A stretch of 34,345 nt of DNA. Source: Caldilineae bacterium (GTDB taxonomy: Bacteria; Chloroflexota; Anaerolineae; DTLA01). The stretch lies in NCBI GenBank assembly GCA_037446815.1, contig JBBIHX010000015.1, forward strand, positions 1 through 34,345. Reading direction: 5' to 3'. The translations under genes and the position numbers were made by a program. Shown here piece by piece: positions 1 through 10,900 of the stretch (positions are counted from its first letter, which is position 1; every line of letters begins with the position of its first letter). The notes beneath the pieces were generated by a model, which made no database searches, was not told the origin of the DNA, and worked only from the letters and a program-made list of their open reading frames with translations.

Positions 1-30
1 GCGACGCACCTCCGAGGTGCGTCGCACGTT
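1..30. repeat. Palindromic repeat family G (GCGACGCACCTC-C-GAGGTGCGTCGC), left end cut by window
   Basis: Perfect 12-bp inverted repeat at 1-25; near-identical copy at 24460-24494. Confidence 0.8.
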
Positions 31-61
31 CCCCTGGAGCCGAATCCCCTGCCCGGCCCAC

Positions 62-90
62 TTGCGGGTCGGTCGGGCGGGTGCTATAAT
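62..90 (+). promoter_or_regulatory. Sigma70-type promoter for the kinase pair
   Basis: TTGCGG-17nt-TATAAT with extended TG; GGGAGG SD before ATG 159. Confidence 0.7.
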
Positions 91-158
91 GTTGCTGCGA
101 CCGCGGCGCATCCGAACGTATTGGGGCGGCGCAACGCTCCAATGGGAGGGCGTAGCCC

Positions 159-2162
159 ATGAAAGAGGGCCTCATGCGTATCTTCCAGCCCTTGCGGGGC
201 CTGTTCCGAGGATATCTTCACCGCATCCTCCTCGTCGCCTTCTTCTTCGTCGCCTTTGTGCCCGTGGCGTTCGGCTCCCTGGCCATCTCCCGCGTGATTC
301 AAGATTACCTGGCGCACGCCACTACCGAGCGCGTGAGCCGCGACATGAACCTGGCGCAGGCTTTCTACGACAGCGCCCGACGGCAGGTGTCCGCCGTGGC
401 GTTCAGCCTGGCGCTGGATAACGAGTTGCCCATGTACCTGTCGCCCGAGAGCGTCGGTCAGGACGAGACGATCGGCCTGATGGATCAGATGATCCTCCAC
501 CGCATCGTGAGCAACGAGTTGGAGGGGACGCAGTTCATCGGCGTATTCCGGTCCGACGGGCACCTGGTGGCAGGGCGCGTGCTTTTTGCTTACGGGGCTC
601 AGCGAGCGGTGCGGCGTGACATAGATTGGAGCAGCCTGCCCATCGTGGCGGCGGCGCTCCGGCAAGGTGCGCTGACATCGGGCACCGAGATCATCCCCGC
701 CGAGTACCTGGAACCCATTGGCCTGGCCGAGCAGGCGCGCATCCCGTTGATTGAAACGCCGCGAGCCGCGCCCGAATTGTTTGATCCGCGCGAGGGCACG
801 GCGGGGCTGGCGTTGACGGCGGTGGCGCCCGCGTATGGGCCTTCCAACAAACTGCTGGGATTCGTGGTCGTTCTGCAACTGTTCAACCGCGATTTCACCC
901 TGGTGGACCGCGTGAAGCACGTGGCTGGCGTGGACACGGCAACGATCTTCCTGGGCGACTGGCGGGTCTCCACCAACGTGCTCACCGAGACGGGCGAGCG
1001 CGCCATCGGCACACGACTGTCTGAGGAAGTGGCGAGAGTGGTCCTGTACGACGGCCAGGAGTACACGGGCCGCGCCTTCGTTGTGAAGGAGGACTTCATC
1101 ACGCGGTACTCCCCGCTGCGCGACCACGCCAATCAAATCGTGGGCATTCTGTACGTGGGCGCGCGCGAGGGGGCATTCCTGTCGCTAGTGCACGACTTCA
1201 ACCGCCGCGTCGTGCTCATCGCCGTCGTGAGCATCGTCATCGCGGTCATCTTGTCGCTGCCGGTGGCCCGATCCATCACCCAGCCCATCAGCACGCTGGT
1301 GGCGGCCAGCGCCCGGGTCGCCCACGGCGACATGTCCGTCCGCGTGCCCGAGAAGGGGCGCGGGGAACTCCGTCAACTGTCCGAAGCCTTCAACCGCATG
1401 GTGAACGAACTCCAAACCACCCAGGACGAACTCCTGCACGCCAGAAACCTTGCGTCCATCGGCCAGTTGGCGGCGGGGGTGGCACACGAAATCAACAACC
1501 CCCTAGGCACCATCATGTTGTATTCTGACATCCTGAACCGCGAAGTGCCGCCCGATTCCACTATCAAGGATGATTTGCAGATGATCGCCCGCGAGGCGGC
1601 GCGCTGCAAGGAGATCGTTACGGCGCTTCTGAACTTCGCCCGCCAGAGCCGCGTCATGGCCCAGGAGACCGACGTCAACGCCCTCGTGCGCGAACTCGCC
1701 GACGACTTGGAGCGCCTGCCGCTGTACGGGAATGTAATCATCGTCCAGAAACTGGACCCCAACTTGCCTATCATCCAGGCCGACCCGTCGCAGTTGCGGC
1801 AGGTGCTGGTGAACCTGGCCAACAACGCCGCCGAAGCCATGCCCGAGGGCGGCACGCTGACCTTCACCACGGCGCTGGACCCGGCGGGCGACCGCGTCCA
1901 CATCTCGGTGGAAGATACCGGCATCGGCATCCCGCCGGAGAACATCCCCAAGTTGTTCACGCCTTTCTTCACAACCAAGCCCATCGGCCGCGGCACGGGA
2001 CTCGGCCTGGCCATCACCTACGGCATCGTCAAAATGCACCGAGGACAGATCACCGTCCAGAGCCAGGTGGGCAAGGGAACCCGCTTCACCGTGATTTTGC
2101 CGTTGCGCATCCCGCACGCGCAGAACGGCGCGCCTTCGGGTGAAATCATGGGCATCGGATAG
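159..2162 (+). CDS. Membrane sensor histidine kinase (extracytoplasmic Cache-like domain, HAMP, HisKA, HATPase; NtrB-like)
   Basis: Two TM segments; HAMP (ITQPI..L..A..RVAHGD); H-box AHEINNPL; N box [30 protein letters not shown]. Confidence 0.93.
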   Translation: MKEGLMRIFQPLRGLFRGYLHRILLVAFFFVAFVPVAFGSLAISRVIQDYLAHATTERVSRDMNLAQAFYDSARRQVSAVAFSLALDNELPMYLSPESVGQDETIGLMDQMILHRIVSNELEGTQFIGVFRSDGHLVAGRVLFAYGAQRAVRRDIDWSSLPIVAAALRQGALTSGTEIIPAEYLEPIGLAEQARIPLIETPRAAPELFDPREGTAGLALTAVAPAYGPSNKLLGFVVVLQLFNRDFTLVDRVKHVAGVDTATIFLGDWRVSTNVLTETGERAIGTRLSEEVARVVLYDGQEYTGRAFVVKEDFITRYSPLRDHANQIVGILYVGAREGAFLSLVHDFNRRVVLIAVVSIVIAVILSLPVARSITQPISTLVAASARVAHGDMSVRVPEKGRGELRQLSEAFNRMVNELQTTQDELLHARNLASIGQLAAGVAHEINNPLGTIMLYSDILNREVPPDSTIKDDLQMIAREAARCKEIVTALLNFARQSRVMAQETDVNALVRELADDLERLPLYGNVIIVQKLDPNLPIIQADPSQLRQVLVNLANNAAEAMPEGGTLTFTTALDPAGDRVHISVEDTGIGIPPENIPKLFTPFFTTKPIGRGTGLGLAITYGIVKMHRGQITVQSQVGKGTRFTVILPLRIPHAQNGAPSGEIMGIG

Positions 2163-2176
2163 CAGGAGGCGACCGC

Positions 2177-3376
2177 ATGGCAGAGCAAATCCCGCGCATA
2201 CTGGTCATTGACGACGAGTTGGGAATCCGCGAGGGGTGCCGCCGCATCCTCGCGCCTCTCGGGTACTCCGTGCAGGTGGCCGAGAACGGCACCGAGGGCC
2301 TCCGCATCGTGCGGGAGTGGAGCCCCGACCTGGTGCTCCTGGACGTGATGATGCCCGACATCACGGGCATAGACCTCCTGGAGCCCATCCACGCCCACGA
2401 CCCCGACATCGTGTGCATCATCATCACCGGATACGCCACCATTGAACTGGCCGTCCAGGCGGTGAAGCGCGGCGCCTACGACTTCATCTCCAAGCCGTTT
2501 TCGGGCGACACGCTCATCCTGGCCGTGCACCAGGGGCTGGAGCGGCGGCGTCTGGTGCTGGAGTCCAAGCGCATGCAGACGCTGGAGGCCGAGGCGCGGG
2601 AACTGGCGCGGGCCAAGGAAGAACTGGAGCGCCTGGACAAGATGAAGAGCGCCTTCATGCTGACGGTGGCCCACGAACTGCGCGCGCCCGTGGCCGCCAT
2701 CCAGGGCTACCTCCGCCTCATCCTGGACGGGTACGCCGACCCCGACAAGCAGCGCGAGATGCTGGAACGATCTGACCAGCGCGCGTCGGAGTTGCTGGCG
2801 CTGATAGAGGACCTGCTGGCCCTCGCCCGCGTGAAAGACGCCGCGCCCGAGGACAAGCGCGTCCCCGTCCCCGTGGGCGAGGTGCTGAAACAGGTTGCCG
2901 AACTGCTGCAGGTGGAGGCCGCCAAGAAGAACATCGCCTTCTCGGTGCAGGCGGACGTGAATCCCACTGTCTTGGCCACCCGCGACCATATTCGGCAATT
3001 GTGGACCAACCTCATCAGCAACGCCATCCGCTACACGCCCGAAGGCGGCAAGGTCTCGGTAACGCTGACCGTGCGCGGCGACACGGTGGAGGGCTCGGTG
3101 GCGGATACGGGCATCGGCATCGCGCAGGAAGACCTGCCGAGAATCTTTGACGAGTTCTACCGCACGCGCACGGCGAAGGAGATGGTATCCGGCGGCACGG
3201 GGCTGGGGCTGCCCATCGTCAAGCGCATCGTGGAGACCTACGGCGGGAATATCCGCGTGGAGTCGGAGGTGGGCAAGGGGTCGCGGTTCACGTTCACGCT
3301 CCCGCTCCACGCCGAGGCCCGGCCCGAAGCCGCAGCGGAGGCCCCGCGCCGAGCGGAGTCGGGCGCGCAGGGTTGA
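2177..3376 (+). CDS. Hybrid receiver-histidine kinase (REC-HisKA-HATPase), cytoplasmic
   Basis: [25 protein letters not shown]-box [36 protein letters not shown]. Confidence 0.93.
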   Translation: MAEQIPRILVIDDELGIREGCRRILAPLGYSVQVAENGTEGLRIVREWSPDLVLLDVMMPDITGIDLLEPIHAHDPDIVCIIITGYATIELAVQAVKRGAYDFISKPFSGDTLILAVHQGLERRRLVLESKRMQTLEAEARELARAKEELERLDKMKSAFMLTVAHELRAPVAAIQGYLRLILDGYADPDKQREMLERSDQRASELLALIEDLLALARVKDAAPEDKRVPVPVGEVLKQVAELLQVEAAKKNIAFSVQADVNPTVLATRDHIRQLWTNLISNAIRYTPEGGKVSVTLTVRGDTVEGSVADTGIGIAQEDLPRIFDEFYRTRTAKEMVSGGTGLGLPIVKRIVETYGGNIRVESEVGKGSRFTFTLPLHAEARPEAAAEAPRRAESGAQG

Positions 3377-3392
3377 GCCACGCGCCGTAGCA

Positions 3393-3767
3393 TCACCCGT
3401 CGGATGGCTGCGGCAGGTGCGCCAGAATGTCCGCCACGGCGACGGGCTTGCGCAGCCACGCCGTCGCGCCCAGAGCCGCCGCCTGCTCCTGCATCTCGCC
3501 CACCGGCCCGTCCAGCGACGACACGACGATGACCCTCATCCCCCCGTGAGCCAGGCTCATGCGGATTTGGCGGAGGGTGTCCAGCCCGTCCAGCGTGTAG
3601 GACATGCGCATGTCCAGGATGAACAGGTCTGCGGGGTAAGAGGAGAGGAGCGCGACGGCCTCTTTCCCGTTGCGGCATGCGCGGACGTCGTGCCCTGCGC
3701 CCTCCAGCGCCAGGCGCATTTGCTCCACGAAATCGGCGTCATCGTCCGCGATGAGAATCCTCGCCAT
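3393..3767 (-). CDS. Single-domain response regulator (CheY-like receiver)
   Basis: MARILIADDD..ILDMRM..VVSS..RKP; start moved to ATG 3767. Confidence 0.88.
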   Translation of the reverse strand: MARILIADDDADFVEQMRLALEGAGHDVRACRNGKEAVALLSSYPADLFILDMRMSYTLDGLDTLRQIRMSLAHGGMRVIVVSSLDGPVGEMQEQAAALGATAWLRKPVAVADILAHLPQPSDG

Positions 3768-3797
3768 TGGGGATGCTCCGTTTCCGCGCAATGGGCG

Positions 3798-4637
3798 CTA
3801 ACGGCGCTTGAGCAGCCGTCGCACCTCGTCCACCAGCCGCTGCGGGCTGACCGGTTTGGATAGCAGTTGGTCTATGGGCAGGTCTTCTCCCGTTGGGAAC
3901 AGGGCCGCGTGCTCGGAAGTGGGGATGGACGTGATCATCAGGATGGGGACATCGGCGATTTCCGGCTCCTTGCGGAGGTCTCGCGTGGCGTCCACGCCGT
4001 CCAGCAGGCCCTGCATCATCACGTCCATGATGACGAGGTCGGGCTTCAATGCCCGTGCGCGGGCGAGGGCGGCCTCCGCCGTTGCGGCGCTCACCACGTC
4101 CATCCGTTCTGCCTTGAGCACCTGGCGCACGATCTCCACAAAGTCGGGGTCGTCGTCCACAACCAGAATGCGCGGCGGGGCGGCCTCCGGCAGCGTCCAC
4201 TGGTGTGGCTCCTTGAACGTCTGGAGCACGTGCGATGTGGTAACTCGGGAGATTCCCGGGATTAGGCTGATCTTCTCGGTCAGGAATCGGGAAAGGGCGG
4301 CCGTGTTTGCCAGGAGCACCTCTGCCATGAGGTCATACTCGCCCGTGAGGAAGTGGGCGCAGCGCACCTCGGGCAGCGCGGCGAGGGCATTCCCCACCCG
4401 CTCAACTTGCCCAACGTCGGCCTTGATGAGCAAGATCGTATGGGTACCCAGCCCCAGCCACTCCGGCTTCACGCAGGCGGAGAAGGAGACGATTCCCTCT
4501 TCCATGAGCCGCTCCAGCCGCTTGCGCACGGTGGCCTCGGCCACGCCCAGGGCGCGCGCCACGTCCACGTTGCTGGCCCGCCCGTCCGCCTGCAGATAGC
4601 GGATGATCTCCCGATCCAGGTTGTCTATCTGGTACAC
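3798..4637 (-). CDS. Lrp/AsnC-family regulator (HTH + RAM) fused to a C-terminal receiver domain
   Basis: IDNLDREII..LQADGRAS..VARALGVAEATVRKRL HTH; TGEYDL RAM motif; then ILVVDDD..IMDVMM..ITS..SKP; GGAGG SD before GTG. Confidence 0.9.
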   Translation of the reverse strand: MYQIDNLDREIIRYLQADGRASNVDVARALGVAEATVRKRLERLMEEGIVSFSACVKPEWLGLGTHTILLIKADVGQVERVGNALAALPEVRCAHFLTGEYDLMAEVLLANTAALSRFLTEKISLIPGISRVTTSHVLQTFKEPHQWTLPEAAPPRILVVDDDPDFVEIVRQVLKAERMDVVSAATAEAALARARALKPDLVIMDVMMQGLLDGVDATRDLRKEPEIADVPILMITSIPTSEHAALFPTGEDLPIDQLLSKPVSPQRLVDEVRRLLKRR

Positions 4638-4677
4638 GCCCAGCCCTCCTCAAGGCTGAAGGATCGCAGGCGTCCCC

Positions 4678-5577
4678 CTAGAACAGCAGCGCAAGCCAGC
4701 GATCCAAGCAGGCCAATGTCAAGATGAGTCCCAGATACGGATAAGCGGAAAGTTTGTACATCTTCCAGGCCGCCTGGGTCATCCCCGTGCGGAACAGGCG
4801 CACGCTGCTCCAGACGAGGGCCACGTTGAGAGCCAAAGCCCCCGCGGCATACAACGCGCCCAAGTTGCTGTAGAACGGCATGGACAGGGTCTCCACACCC
4901 AGCGCCACCGCCAGGCCCAGGAGGATACCCATGTTCTGGCGTGGGGTGATGGTCAGTGGGAAGATGCGCACGCCGGCCTGGAGATAGTCGTGCCGATAGG
5001 CCTCCATAAGACTCCACACGTGGATGGGCGTCCAGATGAAGATGAGGCCGCACAGCCCCCACATCAGCGGCTCGGGGCGCGGGTTCACCCCCAGCCACCC
5101 GATGAGAAACGGGGCGCAACTGGCGAACTCGCCCAGGGGCACGTGGGTGATGGACCGCTTGCGGACGATGACCGAGGCCAGCACGCCCACCAGGCCGGCG
5201 GCGAAGGCCCACGGGTTCAGCGCCCACGCGATGATGAGCCCCACCAGCACCAGGCCGATGGCCAGCGGCAGCATCCGCTCGGCGGGCCAAATGCGGCGAC
5301 TGGGCAGGGGCCGGTGGCGCGTGCGTTCCATGCGCGCGTCCATGTCGCGGTCCAGGTAGTTGGTCAGGGCGTTGGCGCCCGCGCTCCCAACGGTTACCGC
5401 CAGCGTCGTCCACAGCAGGCGACCCAACGGCGGCGCGCCGTCCGCGGCCAGCACTGCCGTCGCCAGGCCGGCGAACGCCAGGAGCAGCGTCTCGCGCGGC
5501 TTGAGCACCTGCACATAGGCGCGCCAGTCGGTCCCTCGGCGCGTTGTTTGCACGGATACCGTCTCGTCGGTCTGCAC
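4678..5577 (-). CDS. cyoE: UbiA-family prenyltransferase, protoheme IX farnesyltransferase (CyoE/CtaB)-like
   Basis: LKPR start motif, NYLDRDMDARMERTRHRPLPS, WTPIH..YRHDY; multiple TM helices. Confidence 0.75.
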   Translation of the reverse strand: MQTDETVSVQTTRRGTDWRAYVQVLKPRETLLLAFAGLATAVLAADGAPPLGRLLWTTLAVTVGSAGANALTNYLDRDMDARMERTRHRPLPSRRIWPAERMLPLAIGLVLVGLIIAWALNPWAFAAGLVGVLASVIVRKRSITHVPLGEFASCAPFLIGWLGVNPRPEPLMWGLCGLIFIWTPIHVWSLMEAYRHDYLQAGVRIFPLTITPRQNMGILLGLAVALGVETLSMPFYSNLGALYAAGALALNVALVWSSVRLFRTGMTQAAWKMYKLSAYPYLGLILTLACLDRWLALLF

Positions 5578-5641
5578 GTTCGGTCCCTCGGACGTAAGGA
5601 TTTGTGCCAGTCTAGCCCCGGCAGGCGCAGGATGGATTGCC

Positions 5642-6472
5642 CTACCTGGGCTCTTCGGTTGCGCCTGCGGCGATCAGGTCCAGGCCCACCGTGAGGAGGT
5701 GCTCCACGGCGGGGTTCACCGGTCCAGGCAACGCCCGTAAGTCTACCGTCTTCAGGCGATTTTGGCAAACCGGACACTCGTAGAGGCGATAGGCCGCGTG
5801 GCTCGTGGGATAGTACACGAGATTCTCGTCGTTGGAGCAGAAGGTGCACCCGGTGCGTCGGTAGGGCCAGCAGGTGAAGCAGCGCTGGCAGAAGAGGTAG
5901 CGCCCCCCGACCGACGGCTCGAGCAGCGCCAGGACGGGCGCGCTTCCGCAGAACGGGCACACGGGCCGCCGCCAGTTGTCCAGCGGCAAACGGGGCACCA
6001 CGGCCCCCGCCAGGCGGCGCAGTTCCCCCTCCAGCGCCATCTCCACCGCGGCCTCGGTCAGCGACCCGCTGTCGGCCAGGAGCGAGCGGCGCTGTTCCAC
6101 GGCGGCGTGGGCAAGGGCCAGCAGGGCATCCGGCGGGGACTCCACCGCCGCGTCGGCCCACTCGTCGCGGTACTTGCGAAGAATCTCCGCCATGTGCACG
6201 ACCGCCTCGGCGAAGCGCACGCCGTCCAGTCGGAGGTCCTCCCACCGAACCCAGGGCGCGCCCTCGGCCATGTGGCGGCTGTCGGAGGTGGAGAAGGGAA
6301 GGGGCGTGCCCTTCCCTTCCCCCTCAGCCAGGGCTTGCGCCGCAAGGATTTCCTCGTACAGCGCCAGCAGAGGCGCCAAGCCCGAATGGTCGAGCCCTTT
6401 CTCCCGCAGGGCGGTGAGCGTATCGGCGATGGTGTAGTGAGATGGCAGAGGCCGATCCGCATTGGGACACAT
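5642..6472 (-). CDS. fdhE: Formate dehydrogenase accessory protein FdhE
   Basis: C-terminal CPFC, CQRC, CTFC, CPVC pattern (W..PVCPFCGS.P, R.L.C..C...W..R..C..C); directly after fdnI. Confidence 0.88.
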   Translation of the reverse strand: MCPNADRPLPSHYTIADTLTALREKGLDHSGLAPLLALYEEILAAQALAEGEGKGTPLPFSTSDSRHMAEGAPWVRWEDLRLDGVRFAEAVVHMAEILRKYRDEWADAAVESPPDALLALAHAAVEQRRSLLADSGSLTEAAVEMALEGELRRLAGAVVPRLPLDNWRRPVCPFCGSAPVLALLEPSVGGRYLFCQRCFTCWPYRRTGCTFCSNDENLVYYPTSHAAYRLYECPVCQNRLKTVDLRALPGPVNPAVEHLLTVGLDLIAAGATEEPR

Positions 6473-6473
6473 G

Positions 6474-7205
6474 CTAGTCCGCCTTCCCGTGGGCAGCCGC
6501 CTTCGCCTTGGCTTCCTCGTACAGTTTCTTGGCCCGTTCCTCGCCGTAGTACCACTTGGCGTGGTGCTCGCGGGCGTAGGATTCGGAGATGACGCCGTAC
6601 CGCATGCTCACCAGGGATTGCCACATCAGCGGGTGCGCAACCGCCAGGTAGAAGTGGATGATGAACATGCTGACGGTAACGAACATGGTGAGGTCGTGGA
6701 TGATGACCGCCGCCTGGAACACCCACACCGGCAGCACGCCCTTGCCGAACCACATGAGGGCGCCGGTGAGCACGAAGATGATGGTGCCCGAGACCAGGAT
6801 AACGGCATTCATCTTCTCGCCGGTGTTCCATCGGCCCTGCGGCGGCATGTCCACATGGCGGCCCAGCAGGTAGTAGGGGATCGCGCCCTTGAGCCAGCCG
6901 ACGTCGTCGCGCCCGAATCGCAGTTCCTTCAGGGTGAGCAGCAGGCGCCGGGGTTGCACGATGGCGTAACTGATGGGCACCGCGGCGAAGAGGACTGCGC
7001 TGATGCGGTGCACCAGGCGCATGAACTGCCCGGCCTCGCCCCGCGCCAACGGCGCCAGGAACGGGAAGAACAGCACCATGCCCGTCAGCGTGAGCAGGAT
7101 GAAGGTCAGGGTGTGTCCCCAGTGCAGGTACCGCTCCAGCGCCGTGTAGCGCGGAATCCAGCGGATGCGTATTGCCGTGTCAGAACCTTTCAGTCGCACG
7201 CTCAT
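6474..7205 (-). CDS. fdnI: Formate dehydrogenase gamma subunit (di-heme cytochrome b)
   Basis: RYT..ER..HW, four TM His ligands, PPQGRWNTGEK; ATG 7205 overlaps fdnH stop (ATGA). Confidence 0.9.
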   Translation of the reverse strand: MSVRLKGSDTAIRIRWIPRYTALERYLHWGHTLTFILLTLTGMVLFFPFLAPLARGEAGQFMRLVHRISAVLFAAVPISYAIVQPRRLLLTLKELRFGRDDVGWLKGAIPYYLLGRHVDMPPQGRWNTGEKMNAVILVSGTIIFVLTGALMWFGKGVLPVWVFQAAVIIHDLTMFVTVSMFIIHFYLAVAHPLMWQSLVSMRYGVISESYAREHHAKWYYGEERAKKLYEEAKAKAAAHGKAD

Positions 7206-7993
7206 TCTACTTCCTCCATGCGGATATGTCGCCGCGCGATGACAAACGCTGTAACAGCCGCCAGCGCGGTTACGCCGAAGGACACGCCCACCAGCGGCTG
7301 CACCCAATCTTGCCAGACGTGGGTGAGAGCCGGCGACGCGGGGCTGGTGGGCAGGCCATAGGTTTCGGGCTTGTCCAGCAGCACGTACATACGCCCGAGG
7401 CCGCCCAACAGCACGTCGCCGTACAGGTTAGCGTTGGGGTAGCCGTTCTTCTGGAGGTACAGCACCCGCTCGCGCCCTTTGGCGATCATCTCGTTCCGCT
7501 CGCCGAAGGAGAAGGCTCCGGGGGGGCAAGTCTTTACGCAAGCCGGCTTCTCGCCGTTGGTAACCCGGTCCATGCAGAAGGTGCACTTGAACGACTTGCC
7601 CTTGCCGGTGAGCGTATCGGTGAGCAGGCGAGGGATGTGGAACGGGCAGAACTGGGTGCAATACCCGCAGCCGTTGCACAGGTCCTGCTCCAGGGTTACC
7701 AACCCCATGGGGTGGTGCTTGAGCGCGCCGGTGGGGCAGACTTTGACGCAGGCGGCGTCGGTGCAGTGCATGCAGCCCTGGGCCAGGAAGAGCCAGCGCA
7801 TCTGCCCGCCCTCGTACTTCTCAATGAAGCGGATGCGCGTCCAGGTGTAGGGCGACAGGTCAGGCGGGTTCTCGTAGGAGCCACGGTTCTTGGTCAGGGT
7901 GCCGGGCAGGTCGTTCCACTGTTTGCAGGCGACCTGGCAGCCCCTGCAGGCCGTGCACTTGGAGGAGTCATAGAGCATCGCTACTTTTTCCAT
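7202..7993 (-). CDS. fdnH: Formate dehydrogenase beta subunit (4x[4Fe-4S], C-terminal TM anchor)
   Basis: CTACRGCQVAC, CMHC..C...C, CNGCGYC...C, CTFC..C...C; C-terminal hydrophobic helix. Confidence 0.93.
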   Translation of the reverse strand: MEKVAMLYDSSKCTACRGCQVACKQWNDLPGTLTKNRGSYENPPDLSPYTWTRIRFIEKYEGGQMRWLFLAQGCMHCTDAACVKVCPTGALKHHPMGLVTLEQDLCNGCGYCTQFCPFHIPRLLTDTLTGKGKSFKCTFCMDRVTNGEKPACVKTCPPGAFSFGERNEMIAKGRERVLYLQKNGYPNANLYGDVLLGGLGRMYVLLDKPETYGLPTSPASPALTHVWQDWVQPLVGVSFGVTALAAVTAFVIARRHIRMEEVE

Positions 7994-7995
7994 GG

Positions 7996-10900
7996 CTACA
8001 CCGCCTTTCTAACGTCCACAAGGAAAGCCTTGTATTCGGGGATCATGGTGTTGGCGTCGCCCACGTGCGGGGTGAGATCGTTGACGACATCCCCCGTGGC
8101 GATGCCCGCCCAGCCGAAGTGCCAGGGCAGGCCCACCAGGTCCACCTTCTTCCCGTCCACCACCAGCGGTTGCACGCGGTCCGTAACGATGGCGACGGCG
8201 GTAACCTGGCCGCGGGCGCTGGACACGATGACCTTGTCGCCGTTCTGGATGCCCTTGCGGCTGGCGAGGTCTTTGCTCATCTCCACGAACAGTTCGGGTT
8301 GCGCCTCGGCGAGCCAGGGGAGCGTGCGGGACATGGCGCCGGCCTGCCAGTGCTCCACGACGCGGTACGTGGTGGCGACGATGGGGAACTTGTCGGCTGT
8401 GCCCACATGGTCGCCGATCTCCTTGTCCTGGTCCGTAGTCCACAGTTTGATGACCGGGTTGTTCTGGGTACCGGACAGGAGGTTCTTGACCGGGCTTTCC
8501 AGCGGCTCATAGTGCTCGGGGAAGGGGCCATCGGCCAGCGGGCCAAATAGCCAACCCTTGCCGTCGGTGAGCATGATGAAGGGATCTTTGCCGCCGGGGT
8601 CGGTGGGCGCTCGGGTTGGGACGAAGTCGGGCACGTCGTAGCCCACCCACTTCTTCTGCGCCTCGTCCCACCAGATGAGGGCCTTCTCCTGGCTCCACGG
8701 CTTGCCGTTGGCGTCGGCCGAGCAGCGGTTGTAGATGATATGGCGGTTGACCGGCCAGACCCAGCCCCAGTAGGGGTAGGTGCCCAGGCCGCCCGGGTCT
8801 TTGGTGCCGCGGCGCTTGGCGGCGGGGAGTCGGCGGCCCTCGCCGTCGTCCGCCGTGGCGAAGTACCCGGCGTAAATCCAGCAGCCAGAAGCGGTGGTGC
8901 CATCGTCGCGCAGGACGCCGAAGGTGGTGAACAGGTCGCCCTTCTTGCCCACGATGTTGCCTTTGTCGTCCACCACGTCGGCGGCCCAGTAGCCGTTGAT
9001 CTCCATCGCCACGCGCTCGGGGTTGGGCGGGTCGCCGTAGTCCCAGGTGAGGTCCAGGATGCCCCTGTCCTTGGCGGCCGTGCTTCCGGCGTAGGCCTGC
9101 TTGATGGCCTTCATCAGGCGATCCAGAATCCAGATGTCGTCCTTGGCATCGCCAGGGGCACGGGCCACGGCCGGTCGCCACTGGATGAGTCGGCCGCTGG
9201 TTACGATGCTGCCGGCTTTTTCCATGGCGTCGGCGGCGGGGAGGAGGAAGACCTCGGTCTTGACCTCTTTGGGGTCCACCCCAGGCGCGTGCCAGAACCC
9301 GGCCGTCTCGGTCTCAAACAAGTCCATGACGACCATCCAGTCCAGGTTGCCCAGGCTCTTGCGCTCCATGCGGTTGTTGGGGCCCGACACCGCGGGGTTC
9401 ATGCCCATGATGAACATCCCCTTGATCTTGCCCGCATGGAGGGCCTGGAACAACGAAATCCACGAGTGATCGCCCGCCCGCTTGGGCAGGTAATCAAAGT
9501 AGAAGTCGTTGTCCTTGGTGGCCGCGTCGCCCCACCAGGCTTTGAGCAGACTGATGAGGAATTTGGGCTTGTTGGACCAGTAACTGGTCTTGGGGGTTTC
9601 CTTCTGGATGTACTCCGCAAGGTTCTTGTGGGCCGCCGCAGACGGTGTGCCGAGGTACCCGGGCAGGACGTGGTAGAGCACGCCCATGTCGGTGGAGCCC
9701 TGAACGTTGGACTCGCCCCGCAAGGCGTTGACGCCGCCGCCCGGAACTCCGATGTTGCCCAGGAGCAACTGCAAGAGGGCCATCGCGCGCACGTTCTGCG
9801 ACCCGACGGTGTGCTGCGTCTGGCCCATGGCGTACAGGATGGTGCCCGCTTTTCCGGGCTGCCCCGTGGCGGCGAAGGTTTCGGCGACTTTCAGGAACTG
9901 GTCTTTCGGGCAGCCGGTGATGCGCGATACGACGTCGGGGGTATAGCGGGCGTAGTGCTTCTTCAGGAGTTGGAAGACGCAGTTCGGGTCCTGCAGCGTC
10001 TCGTCGCGCTTGATGTTCCCGTCGGCATCCCGCTGGTAGGCCCACGTGGCGCGGTCATAGGTGCGGCTGGTCGGGTCGTAGCCGGAGAACAGGCCATCCA
10101 GGTCCGCGGGGCCTTTGAAGTCCGGCGAGACGAGCGTAGCGGCATTGGTGAAGTTGACTACGTACTCCTTGTGGTACAGTTCGTTCTGCAGGATGTGGTT
10201 GATGATGCCGCCGAGGAAGGCGATGTCGGTGCCGCTGCGGATGGGGGCGTAGATGTGGGCCTTGGCTGCCGTGCGGGTGAAGCGAGGGTCCACGACGATG
10301 AGTTTCGCGCCCTTCTCTATGGCGGCGTTGACCCAGTACATGGACGCCGGATGGTTCTCGGCGGGGTTGGCTCCGATGACGAAAATGCAGTCAGAGTTCT
10401 TCAGGTCAATCCAGTGATTGGTCATGGCACCACGGCCATACGTTGCGGCCAGACCGGCCACAGTGGCCGAGTGTCATATCCGCGCCTGGTGCTCTATCCA
10501 CACCAGGCCCAAGGCGCGCGCGAATTTCTGCGCCACGTAGCAGTCCTCGTTGTTGTTGGCGGCGCCGCCCAGCCACGCAATGGCCTGGGTGCGGTTCACG
10601 GTAACGCCGTTGGCGTCCTTCTCCTCAAAGGTGGCATCGCGCGTGGCCTTCACCCGCTTGGCGATTTCGGCGATGGCCCAGTCCCACGTCTTTTCCTCCC
10701 ATTTGTCGCTGCCGGGAGCGCGGTAGAGGACCTTCTTGAGGCGACGGTCGCTGATGGACAACTGGCGCACCGAGACGGACTTGGGGTCCAGGCCGCCACG
10801 GTTGATGATGTGGTCAGGGTCGCCTTCGGAGTTGATGATGTGGCCGGTCTCGTCGGTGGCGATGAGGAGGCCGCATCCAACGGAGCAGTAGGGGCAGATG

